Positions 7,392-17,806 of a DNA stretch of 64,000 nt are shown here, piece by piece. The notes beneath the pieces were generated by a model. It saw only the letters and a list, made by a program, of their open reading frames with translations. It had not been told where the DNA came from and did no database searches. Source of the DNA: Clostridia bacterium (GTDB lineage Bacteria; Bacillota; Clostridia; UBA1381); assembly GCA_017404065.1 (NCBI GenBank), contig JAFRDB010000128.1:63-64062 (forward strand), written 5' to 3'. The number at the start of each line of letters is the position of its first letter. The first letter of the stretch is position 1. Made by a program: the position numbers and the translations under genes.

Positions 7392-8956
7392 TTGCAACTC
7401 CAATTCTGTGTAACGCGAACATACCCGCTTACCGACGGTTCTACACCATACGCGATCCTTGCGCTCGTTACAAGACTGTTTTTTAAAAAGCATATCGGCG
7501 CGTACGGCGCATCATTAAAAAGCTTTTCATGCAGCTCGCGCGTAGTGGCACATACATCATCATCAGGCATCTGTACCGACAACCGAGCGATAAGCGCATC
7601 AGTTTCCGGCGATGAATAACCAAAGCTGTTGATGCCCGAAGCAGCAAGAACCGAAATATCGCTGTTAGTCTTAAGATCCGTTTCGCCTATAAACAAATCG
7701 TAATTGCCGGCTGTTACTCTCGCTGCAAACGCTTCTGATGCACATTTATCTATCGTTACGAGCATTCCGGCGTTTTTCATCTTATCCGCTATCTTTTCCG
7801 CTATCTTAACACGCTCCGGACTGTCACTGTTTACAAGCAGCTTTACCGAAAAGGTCACAAGACTCTTTCCGCCGGTACGTGCATATATTCCGTTTCTGCC
7901 CAGTGTCCAGCCTCCGCCGATAAGCTGCTCATGAGCCCCCGTAGGATCGGATATATGCTTTTTATTGGCATCAAATGCCGTCCATGACGACGGATTTACA
8001 GCATAGTATACCGCCTCCGCGCGCGTATAATACACGTTGCTCACTATATCATCTCTGTCAATAAGATACGATACAGCGCGTCTCGCCGCAGGATCAGCAA
8101 ACACGGCGCGGCGTTCGTTGAACCCGACAAAAATAAGATCGTTGGATATAAAATCCCATACGTTTGCATTGCTTCTCGGCATGTAGCTCGACATATTCAA
8201 ATTTTCAGATGTCGCAATTTCTATAGCACTTGCATCAAACATACTTAGAAATTTATTATTATCGGGAATATTACTTATATTGATCCTGTCAATGCCCGCC
8301 CTGCCGTTATAGTATACCTCGCTCGCAACGAGGCTGCCGGAAGCGTCAAAGAAAAAGGGACCTGTTCCAACCGGATCAAATGACGCATAGTTAGCTGAAC
8401 CGTTTTTTATTATGGGGAATGTAAACAGCAGTGCCGGATCCGGTACAGGTCTTGAAAAGTATGCCGCAAATACATTATTGGAAAGAGCCTGCACGCTTGA
8501 TATCGCATCCAGATATCCGTCATAGTAAGTGCCGCCGCGTTTTATACAGTTTACGGTGTAAACCACATCAGCTGCCGTAAAAGGTGAACCGTCATGCCAG
8601 AACACATCCGAACGCAGCTGTACCGTGAGCATCCGCCCATCCTCGGATACCGAATAATCCGAAGCAAGAACATTATAGCGGCGCAAAGCAGGGTCAAGCT
8701 CAAATAGCGGCTCAAAAATAAATCCGCAAACGCTCCGCACCGTATACGATGCCGTAGTAAGCGGATCAAAGGTATCAAACCCGGTTATCCCGACAGTTAT
8801 CTCACGCGAAGACGGCGCCTCCGCTATTTCGGAAGCGCCCTCCACCTGTTCCTCTGTCGCCGATCCGCCACCGGAGTCTGTTATAAACTCGATGTCGCAC
8901 GAGCACAGCATAGCTACTGCCATAACAGCAGCTATAAAGCTCATCAACCTTTTCAT
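7388..8956 (-). CDS. ABC transporter substrate-binding lipoprotein, family 5 (peptide/nickel, OppA/DppA-like). Orphan: no permease or ATPase adjacent.
   Basis: 522 aa. Signal peptide with Cys (MKRLMSFIAAVMAVAMLCSC). The length and motifs (FWHDGSPFTAADVVYT) are typical of SBP_bac_5. Confidence 0.75.
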   Translation of the reverse strand: MKRLMSFIAAVMAVAMLCSCDIEFITDSGGGSATEEQVEGASEIAEAPSSREITVGITGFDTFDPLTTASYTVRSVCGFIFEPLFELDPALRRYNVLASDYSVSEDGRMLTVQLRSDVFWHDGSPFTAADVVYTVNCIKRGGTYYDGYLDAISSVQALSNNVFAAYFSRPVPDPALLFTFPIIKNGSANYASFDPVGTGPFFFDASGSLVASEVYYNGRAGIDRINISNIPDNNKFLSMFDASAIEIATSENLNMSSYMPRSNANVWDFISNDLIFVGFNERRAVFADPAARRAVSYLIDRDDIVSNVYYTRAEAVYYAVNPSSWTAFDANKKHISDPTGAHEQLIGGGWTLGRNGIYARTGGKSLVTFSVKLLVNSDSPERVKIAEKIADKMKNAGMLVTIDKCASEAFAARVTAGNYDLFIGETDLKTNSDISVLAASGINSFGYSSPETDALIARLSVQMPDDDVCATTRELHEKLFNDAPYAPICFLKNSLVTSARIAYGVEPSVSGYVRVTQNWSCK

Positions 8957-8985
8957 CCGGCATTAACTCCTTCCAAACGTTATAC

Positions 8986-9813
8986 TTATTTAAGCTCGAT
9001 CACCGCGCCGAAATTACCGCGCCTGCCGTTTGTGCGGCGATGCGAGAAAAAAGTCTCCCACATATCGTATGTGCATATCCTGCAGTCGTCTATATTCTCA
9101 CTTCGCACTCCGGCAGACTCAAGCTGCATAGCTATAGCGCGCTGCATACTGACATGGTATCTCACGCCATATCTTTTTACAGTCTCTTCACCAAAGTTCT
9201 CTATGAACTCCGCGGCGACCTCGTCACCCACTTCATAATTATCTATTCGTATCGACGGACCTATCGCGCACAGAACATCTCCCGGATCAGAGCCGTATTC
9301 CTTCTCCATAAGAGCTACCGTCTTTGCGCCTATCCTTTTTACTGTTCCGCGCCAGCCAGAATGTATTGATGCAACAACACGCTTTACCGGATCCAGAAAC
9401 AAAAGCGGAACGCAATCGGCATAAAGAGTTACAAGAGCTATACCCGGCTCGCATGTTATCAAACCGTCCGCGCTGTCAAACTCATTGGGTACAAAGATGC
9501 CGTTCCCGCGCTGCTTATAGCTTATCCTCTTTATAACATCTTCATGCACCTGCTTAGACAGCACAAGGTCATGCGGATCAGCACCTACGGCTCGGGCAAA
9601 ACGGGCATAGTTTTCTTTGACATTTTCCGAATTGTCCTCACAATTCCAACGCAGATTCAAGCTGCTGTAACAGCCGCAGCTTACGCCGCCCTTCCTGGTC
9701 GAGATACCGTGACGCACAAGTCCGGTTTTCTCAAGCATCTGTGAGGTATAGTATACCACACCGTCTTTATTATTTATATTAAACATCTGTCTGGCTTCCT
9801 CTGAAATAATCAT
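8986..9813 (-). CDS. pgeF: Peptidoglycan editing factor PgeF / YfiH (DUF152) family
   Basis: Motifs RHGISTRKGGVS, LYADCVPL, HSGWRGT and CTY...FFSHRR. The alternative ATG at 9786 reduces the overlap with uvrC to 8 nt. Confidence 0.8.
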   Translation of the reverse strand: MIISEEARQMFNINNKDGVVYYTSQMLEKTGLVRHGISTRKGGVSCGCYSSLNLRWNCEDNSENVKENYARFARAVGADPHDLVLSKQVHEDVIKRISYKQRGNGIFVPNEFDSADGLITCEPGIALVTLYADCVPLLFLDPVKRVVASIHSGWRGTVKRIGAKTVALMEKEYGSDPGDVLCAIGPSIRIDNYEVGDEVAAEFIENFGEETVKRYGVRYHVSMQRAIAMQLESAGVRSENIDDCRICTYDMWETFFSHRRTNGRRGNFGAVIELK

Positions 9814-11650
9814 ATACCGCTTCGGCAGATTTAATATCCATTGACTCGGTGTCGGCGAGGTCTGCTACCTCTGCCTCTTTTATTTTATCAATATTTCCGT
9901 ACTTAGTCAAGAGTGCAGTACATCTTTTTTTGCCGATACCCGGTATTTTTTCAAGCTCTGATTCTATCGTCTCATGCAGCTTATGGAAATATGAGATCGC
10001 AGCATCATGCACCTCGTCCTGGATATGCGTTATAAGCTTGAATACCGCGCTTGTCGGCGCAAGCTCAACCTCGCCCTTTCCTCCAACAAGCCCGCGTGTG
10101 CGGTGCCGGTCATTTTTAACCATACCGAACAAAGGCGTATCATTATCCATCATTTCCATAAGCTCGGAGATAACGCCAAGATGACCTTTGCCTCCGTCTA
10201 ATAGTATAAGATCCGGATATGGAAGAAATTTTGCGTCACGCAAATTCAGGGCTCCGTCCGCTATTTTCTGCTCCTCTTCAAGTCCGTGTCTGAATCTGCG
10301 ATATATGACCTCTCGCATTGACGCATAATCATCCGCGCCTTCAACTGTCTTTACCCTGAACCGTCTGTATTTACGTTTCGCCGGTCTGCCGTATTCAAAA
10401 ACAGCCATTGCCGCCACATTATCGGTGCCCTGTATGTTGGATATATCATACGCCTCTATGCGATTTGGTATATGCGGCAAAGCAAGAAGCCTTTGCAATT
10501 CCTCGAGCACACCGCTCTTTTCCTTTTCTTTGAGCAGCTTAAGCTTATGATTGGAAAGCGCCTTTTCCGCGTTCATGCGAACCATTGACACAAGCTTTAC
10601 CTTTTCGCCGCACTGCGGGCAGGTGAGTGTAACCTTTTTCCCCTTTGCCGCGCGCAGCATATCCGCTATCGCCTCTGCATCCTCCGGCGGCGCTTCGGTT
10701 ATTATTTCGGACGGGATAAAATCACAGTCCGGATAGAATTGCTTTATAAAATCCGTTATCATCTCGCTCTTATCCGCATAGCGCACATTTTCTATCCGGT
10801 AATGCTCACGGCCAAGCACAATGCCGCCGCGAATAAAAAACACTTCGATATACGCAAGCTCATCCGACTTTGCGGCAGCGATAACGTCCGCATCATCGTG
10901 ACGTGATGTGTTTACTATCTTCTGCCTGTCCATAACCTCACGGATCGAGCGTATCTTATCTCGCAGCGCCGCGGCGCGTTCATATTGCATAGAAGCGGAT
11001 GCCTCGCGCATTTCCGCTGTGAGCTCCTCTATAAGCTTATCATGCTTACCGTCAAGAAAACGGCATATCTCAAAGAAAACCTTACGGTATTCCTCCTTTG
11101 TGACATTGCCAGTGCACGGCGCAAAGCATTTATTAATATGATAGTTAAGACACGGTCTGCCTTTTCTTATATCCTGCGGAAATTTTCTGCGGCAGGTAGG
11201 GGGCTTGAACAGCTTTTGTATTATCTCAAGCGTATTTTTTATTGTACCCTTTCCCATATACGGACCGTAGTATTTTGCTCCGTCACTTCCCATGCGATGA
11301 ACCATATATACTCTCGGATACGGCTCGTTTATAGAGACCTTTATATACGGATACTGCTTATCATCCTTTAGGAGAATGTTATATTTGGGCTTGTGTTTTT
11401 TTATGAGATTGTTCTCAAGCGCAAGCGCTTCACGCTCGGAATCTGTAATAATATACTCAAAATACGCCACCTGTGACACCATTGCCAACACCTTTGGCGT
11501 ATGCTGCGAATTTTTGCGAAAATATTGTCTTACACGGTTCTTTAATATCTTGGCCTTTCCGACATATATCACCGTATCATCGGAGCCGTGCATGAGATAT
11601 ACACCGGGCTGCTCCGGCAGGTTTTTTATTTCTTCTTCAAAATCAAACAT
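9779..11650 (-). CDS. uvrC: Excinuclease ABC subunit C
   Basis: 623 aa. GIY-YIG N-terminus (PGVYLMHGSDDTVIYVGKAKILKNRV), UVR domain, and C-terminal HhH (IPGIGKKRCTALL). Confidence 0.95.
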   Translation of the reverse strand: MFDFEEEIKNLPEQPGVYLMHGSDDTVIYVGKAKILKNRVRQYFRKNSQHTPKVLAMVSQVAYFEYIITDSEREALALENNLIKKHKPKYNILLKDDKQYPYIKVSINEPYPRVYMVHRMGSDGAKYYGPYMGKGTIKNTLEIIQKLFKPPTCRRKFPQDIRKGRPCLNYHINKCFAPCTGNVTKEEYRKVFFEICRFLDGKHDKLIEELTAEMREASASMQYERAAALRDKIRSIREVMDRQKIVNTSRHDDADVIAAAKSDELAYIEVFFIRGGIVLGREHYRIENVRYADKSEMITDFIKQFYPDCDFIPSEIITEAPPEDAEAIADMLRAAKGKKVTLTCPQCGEKVKLVSMVRMNAEKALSNHKLKLLKEKEKSGVLEELQRLLALPHIPNRIEAYDISNIQGTDNVAAMAVFEYGRPAKRKYRRFRVKTVEGADDYASMREVIYRRFRHGLEEEQKIADGALNLRDAKFLPYPDLILLDGGKGHLGVISELMEMMDNDTPLFGMVKNDRHRTRGLVGGKGEVELAPTSAVFKLITHIQDEVHDAAISYFHKLHETIESELEKIPGIGKKRCTALLTKYGNIDKIKEAEVADLADTESMDIKSAEAVYDYFRGSQTDV

Positions 11651-11802
11651 GGCAGGCAGCCTCCAATAAATCTTTGCGAATGCTTTTTTATGATCATGCT
11701 AATGCCCGACGGCATACCCGTTCCCTCTGCCTACCTTCAATATTGAGGAGCAGGGCTTGTCACGGAACTGCCTAAGCAAAAGCTGATTTCTTGTAAAACA
11801 AG

Positions 11803-11834
11803 AAAAAATACGACGTTATACAATAACGCCGTAT
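11803..11834 (-). terminator. Rho-independent terminator after ptsH
   Basis: The minus strand reads AUACGGCGUUAU-UGU-AUAACGUCGUAU (12-bp stem), followed by U6. Confidence 0.65.
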
Positions 11835-11852
11835 CATTGTCTTTAATTATTG

Positions 11853-12119
11853 TTAGTTCTCGATAAAATTAGACTCTATAACAGATACAAGCGTCTTGAC
11901 AGCTTCATCTTCATCTGCGCCGTCTGCAACTATCGTTATATCTGTGCCCTTTACTATGCCGAGAGACAAAACACCAAGCAGGCTCTTTGCATTAACACGC
12001 CTGTCATCCTTTTCCACCCAGATGCTTGACTTGAACGAATTTGCTCTCTGAATAAAAAATGTTGCCGGTCTTGCATGAAGTCCAACTGCGTTGTTAACTC
12101 TTACCTCACCTGAAACCAT
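11853..12119 (-). CDS. ptsH: Phosphocarrier protein HPr
   Basis: 88 aa. His-15 motif GLHARPA and Ser-46 motif NAKSLLGVLSLG. GGAGG RBS. Confidence 0.9.
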   Translation of the reverse strand: MVSGEVRVNNAVGLHARPATFFIQRANSFKSSIWVEKDDRRVNAKSLLGVLSLGIVKGTDITIVADGADEDEAVKTLVSVIESNFIEN

Positions 12120-12200
12120 CGATAAGCCTCCTAAAGCTAATTTTTTTATTTCTTACACCAATAGAATACTCTAAATCACGCTAAACGTCAATAGCTTTAT

Positions 12201-13307
12201 TTAAAATTCATCTGTTTCTACAAATTTTTCCGATTCGGTTTCCGGTTTTTCGTTCAATTCAACCACGGGCCTATTTTGTGCCGGAGCGAGCTTTTCACGC
12301 ACCATATTTTCGATCATTTCTGCAAATTCAGGATTCTCCGTAAGGTATTTTTTCGTGTTATCTCTGCCCTGTCCTATCTTCTGTCCGTCATAGCTGAACC
12401 ATGCGCCGCTCTTCTTGATTATATCAAGCTCAACTGCCATGTCAAGTATATTTCCTTCTTTCGATATACCCTTACCATACATTATATCAAATTCCGCTTC
12501 CTTGAACGGCGGAGCAACCTTATTTTTAACCACCTTAACGCGGGTATGGTTGCCTATTACCTCCGATCCGTTCTTGAGCTGCTCCTGGCGGCGGACATCA
12601 AGGCGCACGGACGAGAAGAATTTCAGAGCGCGTCCGCCCGGCGTTGTCTCAGGATTGCCGTACATTACGCCGACCTTTTCACGTATCTGATTTATAAATA
12701 TTACTGCCGTGCCGGACTTTGCCGTTATTGCAGTGAGCTTTCTGAGCGCCTGTGACATGAGTCTTGCAAGGAGACCTACATGAGTGTCGCCCATCTCACC
12801 CTCTATCTCAGCCTTTGGTACAAGCGCCGCAACCGAGTCAACAATTATAACATCGAGCGCACCTGAACGCACAAGCGCCTCACATATATCAAGCGCCTGT
12901 TCTCCCGTATCGGGCTGAGCAACAATAAGATTATCTATGTCAACACCAAGATTTTTTGCATAAACAGGATCAAGCGCGTGCTCCGCGTCTATAAATGCCG
13001 CCTCACCGCCCGCCTTCTGCGCCTCAGCAACAACGTGCAGCGCAACAGTAGTCTTTCCCGATGATTCCGGACCATATATTTCGATTATCCTGCCGCGAGG
13101 TATACCGCCTATGCCAAGAGCAAGATCAAGCATCAGCGAACCTGTCGGAATAGCGTCCACACTTGCAACGTGCGTATCGCCAAGCTTCATTATCGAGCCC
13201 GAACCGTATTCCTTCTCTATAACCTTAAAAACTGCGTCAAGCGCCTTTCTTTTTTCTTCACTTTCCTTGCGCTCCACCTGCGGTTTTGTCGTATCCTTTT
13301 TAGCCAT
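12201..13307 (-). CDS. recA: Recombinase RecA
   Basis: Walker [10 protein letters not shown] and an unmistakable RecA core. ATG 13307 (MAKKD...) has GAAAGGAAAC 8 nt upstream. The track start at 13340 lacks an RBS. Confidence 0.95.
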   Translation of the reverse strand: MAKKDTTKPQVERKESEEKRKALDAVFKVIEKEYGSGSIMKLGDTHVASVDAIPTGSLMLDLALGIGGIPRGRIIEIYGPESSGKTTVALHVVAEAQKAGGEAAFIDAEHALDPVYAKNLGVDIDNLIVAQPDTGEQALDICEALVRSGALDVIIVDSVAALVPKAEIEGEMGDTHVGLLARLMSQALRKLTAITAKSGTAVIFINQIREKVGVMYGNPETTPGGRALKFFSSVRLDVRRQEQLKNGSEVIGNHTRVKVVKNKVAPPFKEAEFDIMYGKGISKEGNILDMAVELDIIKKSGAWFSYDGQKIGQGRDNTKKYLTENPEFAEMIENMVREKLAPAQNRPVVELNEKPETESEKFVETDEF

Positions 13308-13333
13308 TTTATTGTTTCCTTTCAGGTAATATC

Positions 13334-13347
13334 CGAACATTTGTTCG
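13334..13347. promoter_or_regulatory. LexA (Cheo / SOS) box upstream of recA
   Basis: CGAACATTTGTTCG is a perfect GAAC-N4-GTTC palindrome matching the Gram-positive consensus CGAACRNRYGTTYG. It lies between the recA -10 and the RBS. Confidence 0.75.
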
Positions 13348-13357
13348 TTATAGATGT

Positions 13358-13386
13358 ATTATACAGTATTTTATCTGTTTTGTCAA
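13358..13386 (-). promoter_or_regulatory. recA promoter
   Basis: Minus strand: TTGACA (13381-13386), 17 nt, TATAAT (13358-13363). Confidence 0.65.
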
Positions 13387-13412
13387 GTGTTTTTCGTAAA
13401 AAAAATAAATAC

Positions 13413-13441
13413 TTGCATTATATAAGTAAATGTGGTATAAT
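13413..13441 (+). promoter_or_regulatory. Promoter of the ilvA-HD-recX-rimO transcription unit
   Basis: TTGCAT, 17 nt, TATAAT with an extended -10 TG (TGGTATAAT). Confidence 0.55.
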
Positions 13442-13474
13442 TGTGTTCATATATTGTAAGCGAAAGGAACTGAC

Positions 13475-14686
13475 ATGATGGATCTACCATTAAAGGATAT
13501 CGAGCTTGCGGAACAGAGGCTCGCGACTACAGTACATAAGACTAAGCTTGAAAGATCGACCACCTTTTCAGAAATGACCGGCGGCGAGATATATCTTAAA
13601 TATGAAAATCAGCAAAAAACCGGATCGTTCAAGATCCGCGGCGCGTCCAACAAGATCGCGGCGCTTGTAGAGCGCGGCGAGATAAAGGCGGCGGTCGCCT
13701 CCTCGGCAGGCAACCACGCTCAGGGCACAGCATACGCCTCGAAGGTACACGGCATACCGGCTATAATCTGTATGCCGAAATCCACCCCTATAGCAAAGGT
13801 AGAGGCAACAAAGGGCTATGGCGCAAAGGTAGTGCTTTATGGTGACTGCTACGATGACGCTTATGAAAAAGCATTGGAAATAGTTGAAAAGGAAGGCGCG
13901 AGCTTTATACATCCCTACGATGATCCGGAGGTAATGGCAGGACAGGGCACGATAGGAATAGAAATACTAAAGGATCTCCCCACAGTAGATATGATACTTG
14001 TACCGGCGGGCGGCGGCGGATTGCTTGCAGGAATAGCCGCATGCATTAAGCAGATAAACCCGCGCGTAAAGGTCATTGGCGTACAGGCAGAGGGTGCGCC
14101 CGCTATAGCAAGATCATTTAAAGAAAAGAGGTTTTGCGAAACAGACAGCTCTCTTACGATAGCAGACGGCATATCCGTTAAATGTCCCGGTAAAATGACG
14201 GTCGAGATCATAAACCGCTTTGCCGATGATGTGGTCACGGTAACGGACTCGGAGATATCAGAAGCGATTTTGCTTCTGATGGAACGCACAAAACAGGTCG
14301 TAGAGCCGGCCGGAGCAACAACTCTCGCGGCAGTCCTATCCGGCAAGGTAGACTGCAAGGACAAAAAGACGGTCTGCGTGCTGTCCGGCGGTAATATAGA
14401 CGTTTCATTCATAGCCCGCATAATAGAGCTGGGACTGTCCTCGCGCGGCCGCAAGATCAAATTCCGCACAACTCTTTTGGATATACCCGGCAGCCTTGAG
14501 CATCTTTCAAAGGTCCTCTCGGACGCTGAAGCAAATATCGTAATGGTACAGCACGACAGAATGAGCGCCGAGCTTGACCCGAACGAGGCGATAATCCATA
14601 TCGCGTGCGAGGTCGGCGGCACAGACCACGGCAAAAAAGTAGCGGAAGCGCTTACAAAGGCAGGCTATAAAATAACCTTAGAATAA
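13475..14686 (+). CDS. ilvA: Threonine ammonia-lyase (threonine dehydratase) with C-terminal ACT-like domain
   Basis: PLP lysine motif QKTGSFKIRGA, glycine loop VPAGGGGLLAG, 403 aa. Confidence 0.85.
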   Translation: MMDLPLKDIELAEQRLATTVHKTKLERSTTFSEMTGGEIYLKYENQQKTGSFKIRGASNKIAALVERGEIKAAVASSAGNHAQGTAYASKVHGIPAIICMPKSTPIAKVEATKGYGAKVVLYGDCYDDAYEKALEIVEKEGASFIHPYDDPEVMAGQGTIGIEILKDLPTVDMILVPAGGGGLLAGIAACIKQINPRVKVIGVQAEGAPAIARSFKEKRFCETDSSLTIADGISVKCPGKMTVEIINRFADDVVTVTDSEISEAILLLMERTKQVVEPAGATTLAAVLSGKVDCKDKKTVCVLSGGNIDVSFIARIIELGLSSRGRKIKFRTTLLDIPGSLEHLSKVLSDAEANIVMVQHDRMSAELDPNEAIIHIACEVGGTDHGKKVAEALTKAGYKITLE

Positions 14687-14713
14687 TAATATCAAAAAGG
14701 ACGGTTATGCTGC

Positions 14714-15907
14714 ATGATCAAAAAATCACTGATAAACCTTATTTATGAAACCGCATCCATACAACGATGGAACGATCATATCCGCCCATACGTCGGGTTC
14801 ACCGAGCTTGACAAGCAGGCACATAAGATGTTCTATGCCTATGTTCTTGCCAGATGTGAGGGCACAGACCACGTTGATATGCAAAAGCTTATTGAAGGAG
14901 GTCTCTCTGAGTTCTTTCATCGCAGTATCCTCACCGATATCAAACCGCCTATCTACCATAAGCTAATGGCTGAGAAGGGTTCGCAGATAGACGAATGGGT
15001 CATAGAGCAGCTCATGCCGAAGATGAACGGAATATGCGGCGGCTTTTTCGACAGACTATGCCGCTACTTGCGCGAGCCGGAATATGCCGCACTTGAAAAA
15101 AAGATCCTCAAAGCCGCGCATTACTATGCAAGCAGCTGGGAGTTCAAAATAATCTATCCGATGAATATACAAACATACGGGATAGAGCAGGTAAAAGCAG
15201 GAGTACAGCACGATCTGAAAATGTGCGATACCTTTGACGGCTTTACCCGCTTTGAGCGTGACGCGTTTTTGCAGGATTTCTGTAACCTTATCGGTAAGCT
15301 GCGTTATCAGCTGCGCTGGGCAAAGGCGGTGAGACTGCCGCAGACCTTCGTTATGGGACACATGCTTGTGGTCGCGATACTTTCATACTTCATGACACTT
15401 GAGCTTGACAAGCCGTGTAAAACAAGGCTTGTAAATAACTTTTTTGCCGGTCTGTTCCACGATGTGCCGGAAGCACTCACGCGCGACATCGTATCACCGA
15501 TAAAGAAATCGGTCGAGGGGCTTGACGCGATTCTCTCAGAGATAGAACACGAGCAGATGCGATCGGTCGTTTACCCAATGCTTCCGGATGAATGGCACAA
15601 TGAAATAGAATACTTCACCACAAACGAGTTTGCTTCAAAAATAATGCTTGGCGGCAAGGTCAGGATATCAAGCTCGGATGAAATAAACGAAAAATACAAC
15701 GATGATAAATATAACCCTATCGACGGGCAGATAATACGCGGCTGCGACCACCTCTCGGCATTGATAGAAGCATTCATGTCTCTATCCTACGGAGTTCGCT
15801 CCGAGCAGATGGTCGGCGGATACAGCGAGCTGCGCGACAGCTATAAGAGCAAGATAATAGGCGGGATCGATTTCAGCATCCCGTTCGGATATTATGATGC
15901 GGTATGA
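14714..15907 (+). CDS. HD-domain phosphohydrolase-family protein
   Basis: 397 aa. The metal-binding pattern ...MGHMLVV...GLFHDVPEALTRD... carries the HD signature. The specific function is unknown. Confidence 0.6.
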   Translation: MIKKSLINLIYETASIQRWNDHIRPYVGFTELDKQAHKMFYAYVLARCEGTDHVDMQKLIEGGLSEFFHRSILTDIKPPIYHKLMAEKGSQIDEWVIEQLMPKMNGICGGFFDRLCRYLREPEYAALEKKILKAAHYYASSWEFKIIYPMNIQTYGIEQVKAGVQHDLKMCDTFDGFTRFERDAFLQDFCNLIGKLRYQLRWAKAVRLPQTFVMGHMLVVAILSYFMTLELDKPCKTRLVNNFFAGLFHDVPEALTRDIVSPIKKSVEGLDAILSEIEHEQMRSVVYPMLPDEWHNEIEYFTTNEFASKIMLGGKVRISSSDEINEKYNDDKYNPIDGQIIRGCDHLSALIEAFMSLSYGVRSEQMVGGYSELRDSYKSKIIGGIDFSIPFGYYDAV

Positions 15908-16368
15908 GAAGAAAAGAGACACTCAATACTTATGAGGCGGTAAAGGAAAAGGCACTGCGGCTTTTAGAATTCCGCTCGCACTCTGAGCATGAGCTATCCC
16001 AAAAGCTGCGCCTATTGGGAGCCAAACAGGAGCATATAGAAGCGGTGCTTGATTTTTGCCGCGAATACGGCTTTGTAGATGATAAGGCATACGCCTCTCG
16101 CAAAGCAGCGGATCTGTTCCGGCTCAAAAAATTCGGCAGACGCCGGATAGAAAACGAGCTGCGCTCGCTCGGCATTCCGGATGAATATATCATTCTTGAC
16201 GAGCTTGATCCGGACGAGGAGAGAGATAACCTCAGGGCTCTTGCCGAAAAAAAACTCGGCGGCGACTATTCTCAGAAAAGCCGTGACAGATGCATTCGTT
16301 TTCTTGCCTACCGCGGCTATGACTACTATGACATAAAGGATGTAATGGAGGAATTTCATGACGTATAA
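15904..16368 (+). CDS. recX: RecA regulator RecX
   Basis: 154 aa with three-helix repeats (ALRLLEFRSHSEHELSQKL; IRFLAYRGYDYYDI). ATGA overlap with the upstream gene. Confidence 0.8.
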   Translation: MRRKETLNTYEAVKEKALRLLEFRSHSEHELSQKLRLLGAKQEHIEAVLDFCREYGFVDDKAYASRKAADLFRLKKFGRRRIENELRSLGIPDEYIILDELDPDEERDNLRALAEKKLGGDYSQKSRDRCIRFLAYRGYDYYDIKDVMEEFHDV

Positions 16369-17683
16369 AATAGGGCTGGTCTCGCTTGGCTGTGCTAAAA
16401 ACCAAACAGATGCCGAGACTATGCTTTCACTTCTTCTTGACGACGGCTGCGAGACTGTTGCAGATCCGGCGGAGGCGGAGATAATAATAGTAAACACCTG
16501 CGGATTTATAGACAGCGCAAAACAGGAATCGATTAACGCTATACTTGAAATGGCAGAGTACAAGGAGACCGGCGTATGCCGGAAGCTTATAGTTACCGGT
16601 TGCCTTGCTGAGCGATACGCAGAGGATATACTGCGCGAGCTGCCGGAGGTGGACGCGGTTCTCGGCACCGGTGACTATGACCGCATTGCTGAGATCATAG
16701 AAAGGTCGCTCACCGAGGACGAGATACCGATGATACACGGCAACATAGATCGCACACCGGAATGCACGCTTCCGCGTGTGCTGCTGACACCGCCGTACAC
16801 GGCTTATCTCAAGATCGCCGACGGCTGCTCAAACAACTGCACCTATTGCGCTATACCCAAAATACGCGGACATTTCCGAAGCCGCGATAAGAACGATATA
16901 CTCAACGAGGCGCGAGAGCTTGCCGGACGCGGAGTTCGGGAGCTCATACTTATAGCGCAGGACACTACCCGTTACGGCACAGACATCGGCACAAGCCTCT
17001 CCGAGCTGTTAGAGGAGCTTGTTAAGATAGATGGGATAGACTGGATACGCGCACATTATTTTTATAGCGAAGCCATAACAAAAGAGCTTATAGACACCAT
17101 GTCGCGGCATGATAAGATCTGCAGCTACATAGACATACCGATCCAACACGCAAGCGATCGCATTCTCCGCCGCATGGCAAGGCGCACGACCCGCGCTGAG
17201 ATGGAGAAAAAGCTTGATTATATCCGCAAAACGCTGCCCGGATGCTTTATACGCACCTCGATAATAGTAGGGTTCCCGGGCGAGACAGACGATGATTTTA
17301 ATGAGCTGTACGATTTTGTAAAGCGGATGCGGTTCGACCGCATGGGCGTTTTTACCTATTCCCGCGAAGAAGGCACACCGGCAGCGGAGTTTCCCGATCA
17401 GGTGGATGAGGATGTAAAAACAGCTCGGCTCGATAAGCTGATGCGTTTGCAGCAGGGCATCTCGCTTGAGCTGAACCGCGCTCGGATAGGAAGCGTGCTT
17501 GAGGTCATTGCAGAAGGCTATGACGAGGATAATTACCTGTTCTACGGTCGTGGACGGGGTGACAGCATTGATGTTGACGGAAAAATTTATTTCGGTACAG
17601 AAGACGAGATAGAGGCAGGCGATATTATTTCCGTAAGAATAGTCGATGCCTCGGAATACGATCTGACCGGAGAAAAAATTTAA
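16358..17683 (+). CDS. rimO: Ribosomal protein S12 methylthiotransferase RimO
   Basis: N-terminal LGCAKNQTDAE, radical-SAM CSNNCTYC, and a C-terminal TRAM domain. 441 aa. Confidence 0.9.
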   Translation: MTYKIGLVSLGCAKNQTDAETMLSLLLDDGCETVADPAEAEIIIVNTCGFIDSAKQESINAILEMAEYKETGVCRKLIVTGCLAERYAEDILRELPEVDAVLGTGDYDRIAEIIERSLTEDEIPMIHGNIDRTPECTLPRVLLTPPYTAYLKIADGCSNNCTYCAIPKIRGHFRSRDKNDILNEARELAGRGVRELILIAQDTTRYGTDIGTSLSELLEELVKIDGIDWIRAHYFYSEAITKELIDTMSRHDKICSYIDIPIQHASDRILRRMARRTTRAEMEKKLDYIRKTLPGCFIRTSIIVGFPGETDDDFNELYDFVKRMRFDRMGVFTYSREEGTPAAEFPDQVDEDVKTARLDKLMRLQQGISLELNRARIGSVLEVIAEGYDEDNYLFYGRGRGDSIDVDGKIYFGTEDEIEAGDIISVRIVDASEYDLTGEKI

Positions 17684-17806
17684 GAAGACGGTTCGGATAG
17701 AATGCTTATTGCATATCTCACCCCTCACCCGCTTGCATAAGGCAACTAAAGACTTGCGGCGTGAAAAAAAACGATCTGCACTGAGCGGCTCTCTCAAACC
17801 GGTTTT

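Noticed and set aside
11651-11802. Possible small RNA or riboswitch between the ptsH terminator and uvrC (GGCAGUUCCGUGACAAGCCCUGCUCC...GGGAACGGGUAUGCCGUCGGGCAU on the minus strand).
   Set aside because: There are some local hairpins, but no recognisable conserved RNA family and no clear promoter or terminator pair. It is most simply the uvrC 5' UTR or promoter region.
13915-14634. Long antisense ORFs opposite real genes. Examples are 13915-14634 versus ilvA; 17009-17797 and 17794-18537 versus rimO/pgsA; 41210-41788 versus tal; 37345-38250 versus the 956-aa gene; 52787-53503 versus folC; 57394-57918 versus the scaffoldin linker; and 1936-2649 versus plsC.
   Set aside because: These are shadow ORFs on the strand opposite genes with unmistakable family motifs. 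They have low-complexity Ser/Ala/Pro/Thr-rich translations and no RBS.
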